Shown here piece after piece: positions 55,714 through 64,000 of a stretch of 64,000 bases of DNA. Under the pieces are notes generated by a model. That model made no database searches. It was not told the DNA's origin and worked only from the letters and a program-made list of their open reading frames with translations. The translations under genes and the position numbers were made by a program. Source of the stretch: Candidatus Omnitrophota bacterium. GTDB taxonomy: Bacteria; Omnitrophota; Gorgyraeia; Ghiorseimicrobiales; Ghiorseimicrobiaceae. Positions within the stretch are counted from its first letter, which is position 1. Each line of letters starts with the position of its first letter. The stretch covers positions 232,648 through 296,647 of the forward strand of contig JAUXSB010000037.1 in NCBI GenBank assembly GCA_030681595.1, given 5' to 3'.

Positions 55714-57714
55714 TTATTGATTTTGATTCGGTAAACTTTTTTCGGTTTTTACCGGCAGGATGATGATAAACGTAGAACCCTGGCCTGCCTTACTTTTAAC
55801 TTCAACATTCCCTTTATGTTTCTGTATAATACCATAAACAATCGCAAGCCCCAAGCCCGTTCCCTCCCCAACCTTTTTAGTAGTGAAAAATGGCTCAAAT
55901 ATCATTTTTATCACCTCTTCACTCATTCCCAGGCCGGTATCGCTTATCTCAATATAAACCTTATCTGCCTTCAGATAAGTCTTTATGGTAATTGTGCCGC
56001 TCTTCTCTATCGCCTGTGCCGCGTTTACTATTACGTTCATAAATGCCTGTGTTAACTGCTGCGGATGGCAAAGCACAAGAGGAAGCTCTCCGTATTCTTT
56101 AACCACATCGGCTTTATATTTTACTTCATTCCAGACAATATTCAATGCGCTTTCTATCAGCTCATTTATATTGGCATCTGTAAACTCTATTTCATCCTTG
56201 CGGGAGAAACTCTTTAAATCGCGGATAATCCTAACTACTCTTTGTGACCCTTCAAAAGTTTCATTGATTAATTTAGGCATATCGGCTACCAGATAATCGA
56301 AATCTATTGTTTTCTTTAAATCCTTTATCTTCTGGGTTAACCCCGCCGCCTCTTCGCCGGGCCACTTAAATACGGCAACCTCTACTTCAGAATAAATGCT
56401 TAACAAAGTAAGCAAATTGGAAATGTATTTTTCCAATGTGTTCAAGTTACTGACCACAAACCCGATAGGATTGTTAATCTCATGGGCAATCCCTGCGGAT
56501 AGTTTACCCAGAGAAGCCATTTTTTCCGCGGCCAATAATTTTTCCTGTATCGCTTTTAATTCTACGTACGCCTCTTCTAATTCCCGTTGCTCTTTAATCC
56601 TTTCGGTTACATCCCTGCTTGTATGCACGTAATCACCTGTGGGCATGCCTGTTGCATCAAGCATCGGATAAACAGATACTTCGGCATAAACAGACTTGCC
56701 GGAGGCATCAAAATGCGTATGGATAATGGTCGCCGGTTTATTAGTCTTTATTGTTTCATCTATCGGGCAGGTATCATTAGGAGGATGGCATGGCTCATTT
56801 ATACGGTGAGTAACCTTATAACAAAAATTCTCTAATATATCCCTGCCATATACGGATTTTAATTTGGCATTAGCCCATTTAATACGAAAATTCTTATCAA
56901 TAACCATAATCATTTCTTCAGCGCTGGACGTAACCCTATCAGTAAACCGTTCTGTTTCCAGCTTACATAAATCTTTGATTGCTTCCCAATTAAACATTGC
57001 AAGGATCCTTACGGTGTATACGGCTATAATAACCGCACATACCGCACGCACCACCTGAACCGCAATACCGCCGGTTGCCTCAAAAAATGCCTGCGTATTA
57101 ATTACGGATGCCGGAAAAAAAGGCGCTGGCGGAACAACGAGCCCTCCCAGGAGGCCATAACATAAAAAAGCGCCGCCCATAAAATAAAAATTCCACCTTA
57201 ACCCCGGAAGAGACGGCCTTATTTCATTCCTGAAATAAATAAATATGCTCAAGGCAGTTAAAATTGAAGCGGGAAACCCAAGAAAATACCTCGACAAAAT
57301 ACTTGCCATCTGCCAATCTTTGCTGTAGTAACCCAATAATAAAATTAAAACTACGGCACTTACACCAAGCCAAGGCTTAAATAACGATGCTATCCTAGTA
57401 TTCTTTATGGATATTTTAAGCAACCGCCTGCCGAATTCAAACAGGAAATAGTAGGAAACGATTAATATGGAAAAACGCAATATTTCTAACCAAAAAATGT
57501 CTTTTAAACCCTGTTTTACAATTACCCACATATCCAGCCATTCATTAACACCGTGAATCAGGCCAAATCCGCCTAAAAATTTTAATACCTTGGCTATCTT
57601 AAACGACGAACCGCGGCGCGGCTGGATAAAAATAGCCAACCCCATAAATACAAAAGCCAGTCCATAGACAAAAAATACAACATCCAAGTTGTTCTGAAAA
57701 AAAGCTTTCATCAT
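55714..57714 (-). CDS. Membrane sensor histidine kinase (multi-TM, PAS, HisKA, HATPase).
   Basis: H-box AHEINNP, N-box, G-boxes DTGLGM and GTGLGLAIV. Confidence 0.85.
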   Translation of the reverse strand: MMKAFFQNNLDVVFFVYGLAFVFMGLAIFIQPRRGSSFKIAKVLKFLGGFGLIHGVNEWLDMWVIVKQGLKDIFWLEILRFSILIVSYYFLFEFGRRLLKISIKNTRIASLFKPWLGVSAVVLILLLGYYSKDWQMASILSRYFLGFPASILTALSIFIYFRNEIRPSLPGLRWNFYFMGGAFLCYGLLGGLVVPPAPFFPASVINTQAFFEATGGIAVQVVRAVCAVIIAVYTVRILAMFNWEAIKDLCKLETERFTDRVTSSAEEMIMVIDKNFRIKWANAKLKSVYGRDILENFCYKVTHRINEPCHPPNDTCPIDETIKTNKPATIIHTHFDASGKSVYAEVSVYPMLDATGMPTGDYVHTSRDVTERIKEQRELEEAYVELKAIQEKLLAAEKMASLGKLSAGIAHEINNPIGFVVSNLNTLEKYISNLLTLLSIYSEVEVAVFKWPGEEAAGLTQKIKDLKKTIDFDYLVADMPKLINETFEGSQRVVRIIRDLKSFSRKDEIEFTDANINELIESALNIVWNEVKYKADVVKEYGELPLVLCHPQQLTQAFMNVIVNAAQAIEKSGTITIKTYLKADKVYIEISDTGLGMSEEVIKMIFEPFFTTKKVGEGTGLGLAIVYGIIQKHKGNVEVKSKAGQGSTFIIILPVKTEKSLPNQNQ

Positions 57715-58793
57715 TTAAGTTTTTCTATTATCGCTGCTGCCATTTCCCTTGTGCCGACACTTGGTTCGTCTTTTCTTAACCTAAAATCATAGGTTACGAA
57801 TTTACCTTCTTTGATTACATCCCTAACCGCATTCTCGAGGCGTTCTGCCGTTTTTTCTTCGCCTAAGTATTTAAGCATCAAAACCCCAGACAAAATTGTA
57901 GCAGTCGGATTAACCTTATTTAGGCCCGCATATTTCGGAGCTGAACCATGCACTGGCTCAAATATCGCCATGCCTTCGCCGATATTGGCGCCGGGCGCAA
58001 TCCCCAAGCCGCCGATTAAACCCGCACAAAGATCAGAGATAATGTCGCCGTAAAGGTTTGGAAGGACTAAAACGTCAAAATTATGCGGGGCTTTTACCAG
58101 CTGCATAGAAAGATTATCCACTATCGCGTCATTAAATTCTATCTTACCGGCGTATTCGCTGGCCACTTCGCGAGCGCACGAGAGAAATAAACCATCAGTA
58201 AATTTCATTATATTGGCTTTATGCACACAAGTAACTTTCTTGCGCTTATTTTTTAAAGCGTACTCAAAAGCAAAACGGACTATGCGCTTTGAAGCAAATT
58301 TGGAAATCGGCTTAATACTTACCCCGGAATCGCCCCTTATTTTTTTTACGCTTTTCTCGTTTATCGCGGTGATTATCGCTTTAGTATCGGCTGCTCCTTC
58401 GGCAAATTCAATTCCGGCGTATAAGTCCTCGCTGTTTTCCCTGACTATAACCAGATCTACATCGCGATAGCGTGTTTGCGCCCCCTCATAATATTTTGCC
58501 GGGCGAAGACAAGCGTATAAATCCAATGCCTGCCTTAGGCCCACATTTACTGAACGGAAACCGCTGCCCACCGGAGTAGTAATCGGGCCCTTAAGCGCTA
58601 CCTTATTTTTTCTGATAGAATCAAGTACCGCTTCGGGTAGGGGTGTACCAAAATCTTTTATCGCCGCTTCACCGCAAACCACTTCTTCCCAATCAATATT
58701 TACACCGGTCGCATCAACGCAATCTTTCGCCGCGTAAGCTACTTCCGGCCCTATCCCATCTCCGGGAATAAGTGTAACTTTATATTTCTTCAT
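57711..58793 (-). CDS. icd: NAD-dependent isocitrate dehydrogenase (isocitrate/isopropylmalate dehydrogenase family).
   Basis: NLYGDIISDLCAGLIGGLG motif, 360 aa. Confidence 0.8.
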   Translation of the reverse strand: MKKYKVTLIPGDGIGPEVAYAAKDCVDATGVNIDWEEVVCGEAAIKDFGTPLPEAVLDSIRKNKVALKGPITTPVGSGFRSVNVGLRQALDLYACLRPAKYYEGAQTRYRDVDLVIVRENSEDLYAGIEFAEGAADTKAIITAINEKSVKKIRGDSGVSIKPISKFASKRIVRFAFEYALKNKRKKVTCVHKANIMKFTDGLFLSCAREVASEYAGKIEFNDAIVDNLSMQLVKAPHNFDVLVLPNLYGDIISDLCAGLIGGLGIAPGANIGEGMAIFEPVHGSAPKYAGLNKVNPTATILSGVLMLKYLGEEKTAERLENAVRDVIKEGKFVTYDFRLRKDEPSVGTREMAAAIIEKLK

Positions 58794-58877
58794 AGTCTTA
58801 TAATATTACATTATATAAATAAAAAATCAAGGAAAATTACAGTTGCATGTTCGCGTATTTTCTCTTACAATATCCCC

Positions 58878-59849
58878 ATGCTTTCCATTGGAGATGTTAA
58901 AGTAAACACCAAACTTATCCTTGCGCCTTTATCCGGCGTATCTGACCTCGCCTTCCGCATGATTTCCCGTGAATTCGGCGCTAAATTCGCCTTTACCGAG
59001 ATGCTCAATGCCTGCTCTATTAAATACAAGAGCAAAAAGACGCAAAGTATGCTTCTATCTAATAGCAAAGACAAACCCTTAGGCGCGCAAATATTAGGCA
59101 GGGACATTCCTATTATTTTAAACGCCTTGGACGTTATCCAAAAAAGCGGCGTGGATTTAATTGATTTTAATGCGGCATGCCCGGTGCGTAAAGTGGTACG
59201 GCGCGGTGAAGGCGCGGCACTTTTAAAAGAACCCAAGACACTAAAAAAAATCGTAAGAGAATTAGTAAAACACACTACTTTACCGATAACGGTAAAAATC
59301 AGGAGCGGCTGGTCACATAATGAAATAAATGCGCCGGATATGGCAAAATTATTAGAAGACGCGGGTGCCTCGGCGATATTTATCCACGCCCGCCCGCAAA
59401 CACAGCTTTACAGCGGAAGAGCAGACTACGAATTAATTAGAAAGGTTAAATCTTCGCTGAATATCCCGCTTATCGGAAGCGGCGACATATTTACTCCGGC
59501 CGACGTAAAAAGAATGCTTGATGAAACCGGCTGCGACGCAGCCCTTGCCGCGCGGGGAGCAATAGGAAACCCCTGGATTTTCAAACAAACCGATTATTTC
59601 TTAAAAACAGGCCGGCTTCTTAAGCCACCAACAATTAAACAAAAGATTAAGGTAATGCTTCAGCATTTGGATATGATGATAGAGCTCTATGGGGAAAAGC
59701 GCGCTACGGCAAGATTCCGCCTATTCATCCCTTCTTATCTAAAAGGCATAAGCGGTGCGCGCAAAGTAAAAGCTAGGATGGCACAGATGAAAATACGCCG
59801 ACAGCTAAAAGATGCCCTCGCAACGCTTAATCAACCCTCGTACAGTTAA
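58878..59849 (+). CDS. dus: tRNA-dihydrouridine synthase.
   Basis: LAPLSGVSDLAFR N-terminus and a TIM-barrel FMN enzyme, 323 aa; plus strand. Confidence 0.85.
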   Translation: MLSIGDVKVNTKLILAPLSGVSDLAFRMISREFGAKFAFTEMLNACSIKYKSKKTQSMLLSNSKDKPLGAQILGRDIPIILNALDVIQKSGVDLIDFNAACPVRKVVRRGEGAALLKEPKTLKKIVRELVKHTTLPITVKIRSGWSHNEINAPDMAKLLEDAGASAIFIHARPQTQLYSGRADYELIRKVKSSLNIPLIGSGDIFTPADVKRMLDETGCDAALAARGAIGNPWIFKQTDYFLKTGRLLKPPTIKQKIKVMLQHLDMMIELYGEKRATARFRLFIPSYLKGISGARKVKARMAQMKIRRQLKDALATLNQPSYS

Positions 59850-60419
59850 AAACTTCGCGCCATACTTCTTAAACAAAGCCAGATCTTTTTTTTCGTTTTT
59901 CTTAAATACAGGTTTTATCGCGTCCTTTATTACATAAGTCTTAATCCCCATCCGGCATAAATTCAACACCACCGCTTTTACACAATAGTCTGTCGCTACC
60001 CCATAGACGTATGCAGCCTTTAAACCACGAAGAAGTAATTTTAGGTTAGGATTAGAAAAGGCGTCGTATTCCTGTTTTTCAATCATCAAGCGGCCTATTC
60101 TTTTCAACTTTTTGATCCGTTCCGGGGTTAATCTTTTCGTCGAAACACTCACTGCGCCGTTCAGCCGCGTTTCAATAATCTTTTTCTGCCCCCTCGTACC
60201 TCGTATGCAATGCGCGCCAAATGCGCCCGAAGCTATTTCCTTGTCTTTTAACGTATGTTTATCTGTTGAAGCAATAACATTTATCTTTTTCTTTTTTGCG
60301 AATTCCGTTATCTTTTTAAGCTTAGGAATGATTTTCTCTGCCCCGGGAACATAGAGCATTCCATCCTTATGCATAAAGTCATACTGCGTGTCAATATCAA
60401 AAAAAATAGAATCCTTCAT
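59805..60419 (-). CDS. pncA: Isochorismatase-family nicotinamidase.
   Basis: 204 aa isochorismatase-like protein, co-transcribed with pncB. Confidence 0.7.
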   Translation of the reverse strand: MKDSIFFDIDTQYDFMHKDGMLYVPGAEKIIPKLKKITEFAKKKKINVIASTDKHTLKDKEIASGAFGAHCIRGTRGQKKIIETRLNGAVSVSTKRLTPERIKKLKRIGRLMIEKQEYDAFSNPNLKLLLRGLKAAYVYGVATDYCVKAVVLNLCRMGIKTYVIKDAIKPVFKKNEKKDLALFKKYGAKFLTVRGLIKRCEGIF

Positions 60420-61813
60420 TTTCTTTTACTTTTTTTGTGGCCAGTCCTTGATTTTTGATTTTTTTCCAGTTCATACATTAACCTTTCGGTTAATACATTT
60501 AATTGCGGGCTTATCTCTACCGAATAACGCGCGGAATTAGTAAGCTGCTGGTATTTTAAAGGCAGTTTTGCCAAATTCGCCGCGGCATTTTTTCTTATTT
60601 CTTCTAACGAAGGCGGGCGGTAGGCGAGGTTTCCCTTCTCCATTACTTTAACTAACAGCTTTTTTCCTCTTAACTTTTCATTCTCTAGCCCCAAAACATC
60701 CTTTAAAAAATTTCCCTTTTTATCAAAAATCCGCCAAACCTGTTTTCTTCCCGGATAAGTCGCTTTCTTCTTGCTTAATTTCATTGCCGGAAATATATCC
60801 TGATTATCCCGCAGCTCGCTTAATTTATAAATCACATCGCAATAAGGGGCGTCACGCGAGACCCCCATTGCCGTCCCTACGCCAAAGGCGTCAATTTGAG
60901 CGCCTTTTTTAATTAAGGCGCTTATCTTGTATTCATCAAGGTTGCCGCTGGCAAAAATTTTGACATACGCTAACCCATCACGGTTTAAAATCTTGCGCGC
61001 CGCCCTGCTCAGAGAAACTAAATTGCCGCTATCAAGGCGTATAGCTTTTAATTTATGCCCGTTTTGCTCTAATTCTTTGGCGATTTTTACCGCGTTTTTT
61101 ACGCCACTTAGCGTATCATATGTATCTACCAATAAAGTCGCGCTATCGGGAAAACTTCTCGCGTAGGCGCGAAAACTTTCCTCCTCGCTCTTAAAAGACA
61201 TGACAAAGCTATGTGCCATCGTGCCAAATAATGGTATATTATATTTCATCCCGGCTAAAACATTAGATGTACCGAGGCATCCGGCAATATATGACGCGCG
61301 CGAACCCTTGATTCCGGCATCTTTTCCTTGCGTCCGGCGCAGGGAAAAATCAATCACCGCGCGGCCTTCCGCGGCAAGGACTACGCGGCTTGCCTTTGTG
61401 GCAATAGTGGTATTTAGGTTGATTGTATTTAAAAGACAGGTTTCCACTAATTGCGCTTCAATTATCGGCGCACTCACCCGTAAAACCGGCTCATTAGGAA
61501 AAAACACTGCCCCCTCGGGTATTGCCCAGACATCGCCGGTAAACCTAAGGTTTTTTAAATAACTCAGAAAATCACGCTTAAAAATCTTTTTTGAACGTAA
61601 AAACTCAATCTGTTCGCGTGAAAACCTTAAATTAGCTAAATAGGAGAGTGCCTCTGACAATCCCGCGGCGATAAAATATGAGCGGTTTTTGGGAAAATCG
61701 CGGATAAATAGATCAAAGGTAGCTATGCGCGAAAGCCCCTCTTGAAAATAACTCGCGCACATCGTCAGCTCATAGAGATCGGTCAATAAAACATGATCCT
61801 TTTCGTACGGCAT
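60416..61813 (-). CDS. pncB: Nicotinate phosphoribosyltransferase.
   Basis: 465 aa NAPRTase family. Confidence 0.85.
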   Translation of the reverse strand: MPYEKDHVLLTDLYELTMCASYFQEGLSRIATFDLFIRDFPKNRSYFIAAGLSEALSYLANLRFSREQIEFLRSKKIFKRDFLSYLKNLRFTGDVWAIPEGAVFFPNEPVLRVSAPIIEAQLVETCLLNTINLNTTIATKASRVVLAAEGRAVIDFSLRRTQGKDAGIKGSRASYIAGCLGTSNVLAGMKYNIPLFGTMAHSFVMSFKSEEESFRAYARSFPDSATLLVDTYDTLSGVKNAVKIAKELEQNGHKLKAIRLDSGNLVSLSRAARKILNRDGLAYVKIFASGNLDEYKISALIKKGAQIDAFGVGTAMGVSRDAPYCDVIYKLSELRDNQDIFPAMKLSKKKATYPGRKQVWRIFDKKGNFLKDVLGLENEKLRGKKLLVKVMEKGNLAYRPPSLEEIRKNAAANLAKLPLKYQQLTNSARYSVEISPQLNVLTERLMYELEKNQKSRTGHKKSKRK

Positions 61814-61855
61814 GATCGTAAACCACGTGCACTGCGGGAGTGCACATGCGGTTTA

Positions 61856-62434
61856 TTATTCTTTCCGGCTGTAGAGGCCGATTACTTCTGTTTTTGAAAT
61901 GGTATGTTCTTTAACCTTTGCTAAAAAATTACTCTTGGTTACACCTTCTAAATGCTCAACATCCAACGCATAGAGAGTAAAAAAATAACGATGCGTGCCA
62001 CTGGGCGGACAAGGGCCGCCGTAAGCGGGCCTACCGAAACCATTATCTACTTCTTTTGCGGCCTTTGGCAATGGGCCACCCTTAGGAATACCCGCTGCCT
62101 CTTTTGGAATATCGTAAATTAACCAATGCACAAAATCGCCTATCGGCGCGTCCGGGTCAATTACGGTTAAGGCTAAACTCTTTGCCGCAGGCGGCAAATT
62201 GCTCCATTTAATTTCTGGCGATAAACCTTCCCCATCGCAGGTATATTGAGAAGGAATATTTTGGTTATGCGCAAATTCATCTATTTCTAATTTCATCTCT
62301 ACCACCCCCGTATCGCTCTGCCAAAAATGCGCCTTACTCTCGTCTTGAGCCAAAGCAGGCAAAAAATTTCCGCCGAAGGCAGATCCGCTTCTGGTGGAAA
62401 AAAATAAAAATAAAATAGCGATTACGTATCTCAT
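61856..62434 (-). CDS. Secreted PEBP/YbhB/YbcL-family protein.
   Basis: Signal peptide encoded by the repeat shared with cbiN, then a PEBP core (DPDAP ... HWLIYDIP ... GGPCPPSGTHRY). Confidence 0.7.
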   Translation of the reverse strand: MRYVIAILFLFFSTRSGSAFGGNFLPALAQDESKAHFWQSDTGVVEMKLEIDEFAHNQNIPSQYTCDGEGLSPEIKWSNLPPAAKSLALTVIDPDAPIGDFVHWLIYDIPKEAAGIPKGGPLPKAAKEVDNGFGRPAYGGPCPPSGTHRYFFTLYALDVEHLEGVTKSNFLAKVKEHTISKTEVIGLYSRKE

Positions 62435-63409
62435 TTATCCCTTCGTTATTTCATTGATTATTTTTCGCCTATCGCCTAAAGCATCCAGCCAGATAATATC
62501 TTTATTGCGCCTAAACCACGTTAACTGGCGCTTGGCAAAGTGACGGGTATTAAGCTTAAGCAGGTATTTTACCTTCCCTAAATCATACGCCCCTTTTAAA
62601 AATCCTTCAACTTCTTTTATGCCTAAAGCCTGCCGGGCTGTTTTACTTAGTTTCCTTTTTAATAAATCCTTTACCTCTTTAAGTAACCCTTCATCAAACA
62701 TCTTATCCACCCGCGCATCTATCCGCTGATAAAGTTTATCCCGCTCTAAATTTAGGCCGAATAGTTTTACATCATACTTATCCATTAATCCGCTTCTTTT
62801 TTGCTTAAGTTCAGAAAACTTACCCATAGTCAAAAAGCAAACTTCCAAAGCGCGAATTACCCGCCGTAAATTATTAGGATGAATTCTTTCTGCCGCTTCG
62901 GGATCGACAGATTTAAGCTTGTTATAAACATATTCGCTGCCGAAAAGTCCCGCCTCGCGCATAAGCCCATCCCTTATAACCGCGCTCTTTTTAACCTGTT
63001 TAAATATCCCATAAAGCATGCTATCCACATACAACCCGCTTCCGCCGGCAACAATCGGAATCTTCTTTCTTTTAATAATTTCTTTTATCTTCCTATTCGA
63101 CTCTTTTATAAATTTGGCAACATTATATTCCTCCTCAGGGGTGATTATATCTATTAGATGATGGGGAATTTGTTTTCGCAGGTGTTTAGCGGGCTTTGAG
63201 CTGATAATATCCATCCTGCGGTAAAAGCTCATGGAATCAGCCGAAACTATTTCACCGTTTATTTTTTTAGCAAGTTTTACCGCAAGCTCGCTTTTGCCCA
63301 CCGCCGTCGGCCCGATAATAAAAATGATTTTATTTTTCTTTTGAAGTTTGGTATTTCGGATTTGTTTGGGATTTGGGATTTGGGATTTGGGATTTCTTGT
63401 TACGGCCAT
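62435..63409 (-). CDS. miaA: tRNA dimethylallyltransferase MiaA (N-terminal extension encoded by a heptamer repeat; true start uncertain).
   Basis: IIGPTAVGKS P-loop and MiaA body. Confidence 0.85.
   Translation of the reverse strand: MAVTRNPKSQIPNPKQIRNTKLQKKNKIIFIIGPTAVGKSELAVKLAKKINGEIVSADSMSFYRRMDIISSKPAKHLRKQIPHHLIDIITPEEEYNVAKFIKESNRKIKEIIKRKKIPIVAGGSGLYVDSMLYGIFKQVKKSAVIRDGLMREAGLFGSEYVYNKLKSVDPEAAERIHPNNLRRVIRALEVCFLTMGKFSELKQKRSGLMDKYDVKLFGLNLERDKLYQRIDARVDKMFDEGLLKEVKDLLKRKLSKTARQALGIKEVEGFLKGAYDLGKVKYLLKLNTRHFAKRQLTWFRRNKDIIWLDALGDRRKIINEITKG
63354..63396. repeat. Heptanucleotide tandem repeat (TTTGGGA) of about 5 copies in the miaA 5' region.
   Basis: Direct reading of the sequence. 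Confidence 0.9.
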
Positions 63410-63975
63410 ATCTTGGTAGGATACCCTTGCTCAGATAAACTTTGTGTAGCGCTCTCTGCTTCTTTCTTGGTTTTAAATTTACCTACTCTGACACGGTAAA
63501 GCGCGTTATCAGTAGTATTCGGAGCGTCAATATAGGCATCAAAACCTTTCTCGTTTAAATCAGAAGCAAGTTTAGAAGCATTCTTTTGGCTAGAGAATGC
63601 CCCCACCTGCACCGTAAAAAATATATCTGACGCATTAAGTGTGACAGACTTTTGAGCCTCAAAACTTAAAGGATAGTCTTTTTTAAGAAGCGTTGAATAT
63701 TCTTTTGCCTTTTCAATATCGCCGAGTTTTAAATTTACCTGGGCCAGCCGGTAATATACCTGCGCGCCTAATTCCCTGCTTGACTCTTTTACCTGTAGAT
63801 AAATTTCCCGCGCTTTATTATAATCATCTTTTAAAAAATAAACATCGCCCAAACCTAAAAGCGCTTTATTACATACCGGCAAAGTCTTGCATTCGGTTAT
63901 AACTTTCGTGAAATTGTCCTCTGCCTGCGTAAGCTCGCCTTTCTTTATATAGGCTAAAGCCAATAAATAATTCAC
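63400..63975 (-). CDS. TPR plus SPOR-domain protein (may continue beyond the window).
   Basis: TPR region followed by a C-terminal SPOR-like VQVGAFSSQKNASKLASDL...YRVRVGKF. Confidence 0.65.
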   Translation of the reverse strand: MNYLLALAYIKKGELTQAEDNFTKVITECKTLPVCNKALLGLGDVYFLKDDYNKAREIYLQVKESSRELGAQVYYRLAQVNLKLGDIEKAKEYSTLLKKDYPLSFEAQKSVTLNASDIFFTVQVGAFSSQKNASKLASDLNEKGFDAYIDAPNTTDNALYRVRVGKFKTKKEAESATQSLSEQGYPTKIWP

Positions 63976-64000
63976 TTCCGGCTTTGAGCGCCTGCTTGAA

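Noticed and set aside
58865-59275. 136-aa minus-strand ORF overlapping the dus gene.
   Set aside because: It lies antisense within a well-supported plus-strand Dus gene and has no motif.
1-64000. Integrase, transposase, toxin-antitoxin or defence-system genes.
   Set aside because: No ORF in the window shows integrase/transposase catalytic motifs or known defence-system signatures. The mobile signatures here are limited to small non-autonomous repeats.

Overview
This 64 kb window is an AT-rich (about 40% GC by eye) bacterial chromosomal segment. Nearly all genes lie on the minus strand; the only plus-strand genes I support are the Dus gene at 58878..59849 and a hypothetical gene at 41025..41561. 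Pilin-like proteins with an unusual K/R-S-F-T-L-x-E N-terminus and a complete anaerobic cobalamin pathway are consistent with an uncultivated anaerobe, perhaps a candidate phylum. Phylum assignment is a guess.

Gene content, from high to low coordinate on the minus strand:
- A long cobalamin cluster, cobC-cobU-cobT-cobS-cobD-cobQ, then a small ORF, a radical-SAM/SPASM gene, cbiB-cbiA-cbiX-cbiC, the ECF cobalt importer cbiMNQO, cbiD, and a Liv-type ABC transporter (livKHMGF; livF runs off the window start).
- Upstream of cobC sit a near-consensus sigma-70 promoter, a cobalamin riboswitch with a recognisable B12 box, and an attenuator hairpin.
- Housekeeping blocks follow: dinB, an M42 peptidase, pcm, a glycolipid/acyltransferase cluster, plsY, pgsA, lepB, lepA, cmk, an aromatic amino-acid block (tyrA, DAHP synthase, aminotransferase, pheA) interrupted by a pilin-like gene, scpB, ruvA, ruvC, yebC, RNase P RNA, rnhA, tRNA-Val and tRNA-Met, rpoD, dnaG, a lipoate/TCA block (lipoyl-domain protein, lipB, lpd, mdh, icd), a PilZ/response-regulator/histidine-kinase module, and pncA, pncB, miaA.

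The most unusual signals:
- A 50-aa ORF with a strong RBS lies immediately upstream of a radical-SAM/SPASM enzyme that carries an N-terminal extension. Both are embedded in the B12 operon and flanked by two perfect palindromes, which makes a candidate peptide-maturation (RiPP-like) or tetrapyrrole-modifying cassette.
- Heptanucleotide tandem repeats (4-5 copies) sit in frame inside cbiD, cbiO, cbiM, cbiC, cobQ and miaA.
- At least two families of small hairpin (REP-like) repeats are found repeatedly inside coding sequence and stay in frame. One encodes the near-identical signal peptides of CbiN and a PEBP-family protein.
- The tRNA locus is a mosaic of duplicated segments plus a tRNA 3' fragment, next to an AT-rich accessory stretch with a truncated nnr remnant.
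- A pilin-like protein is fused to a Gly/Ser linker and an HExxH domain.
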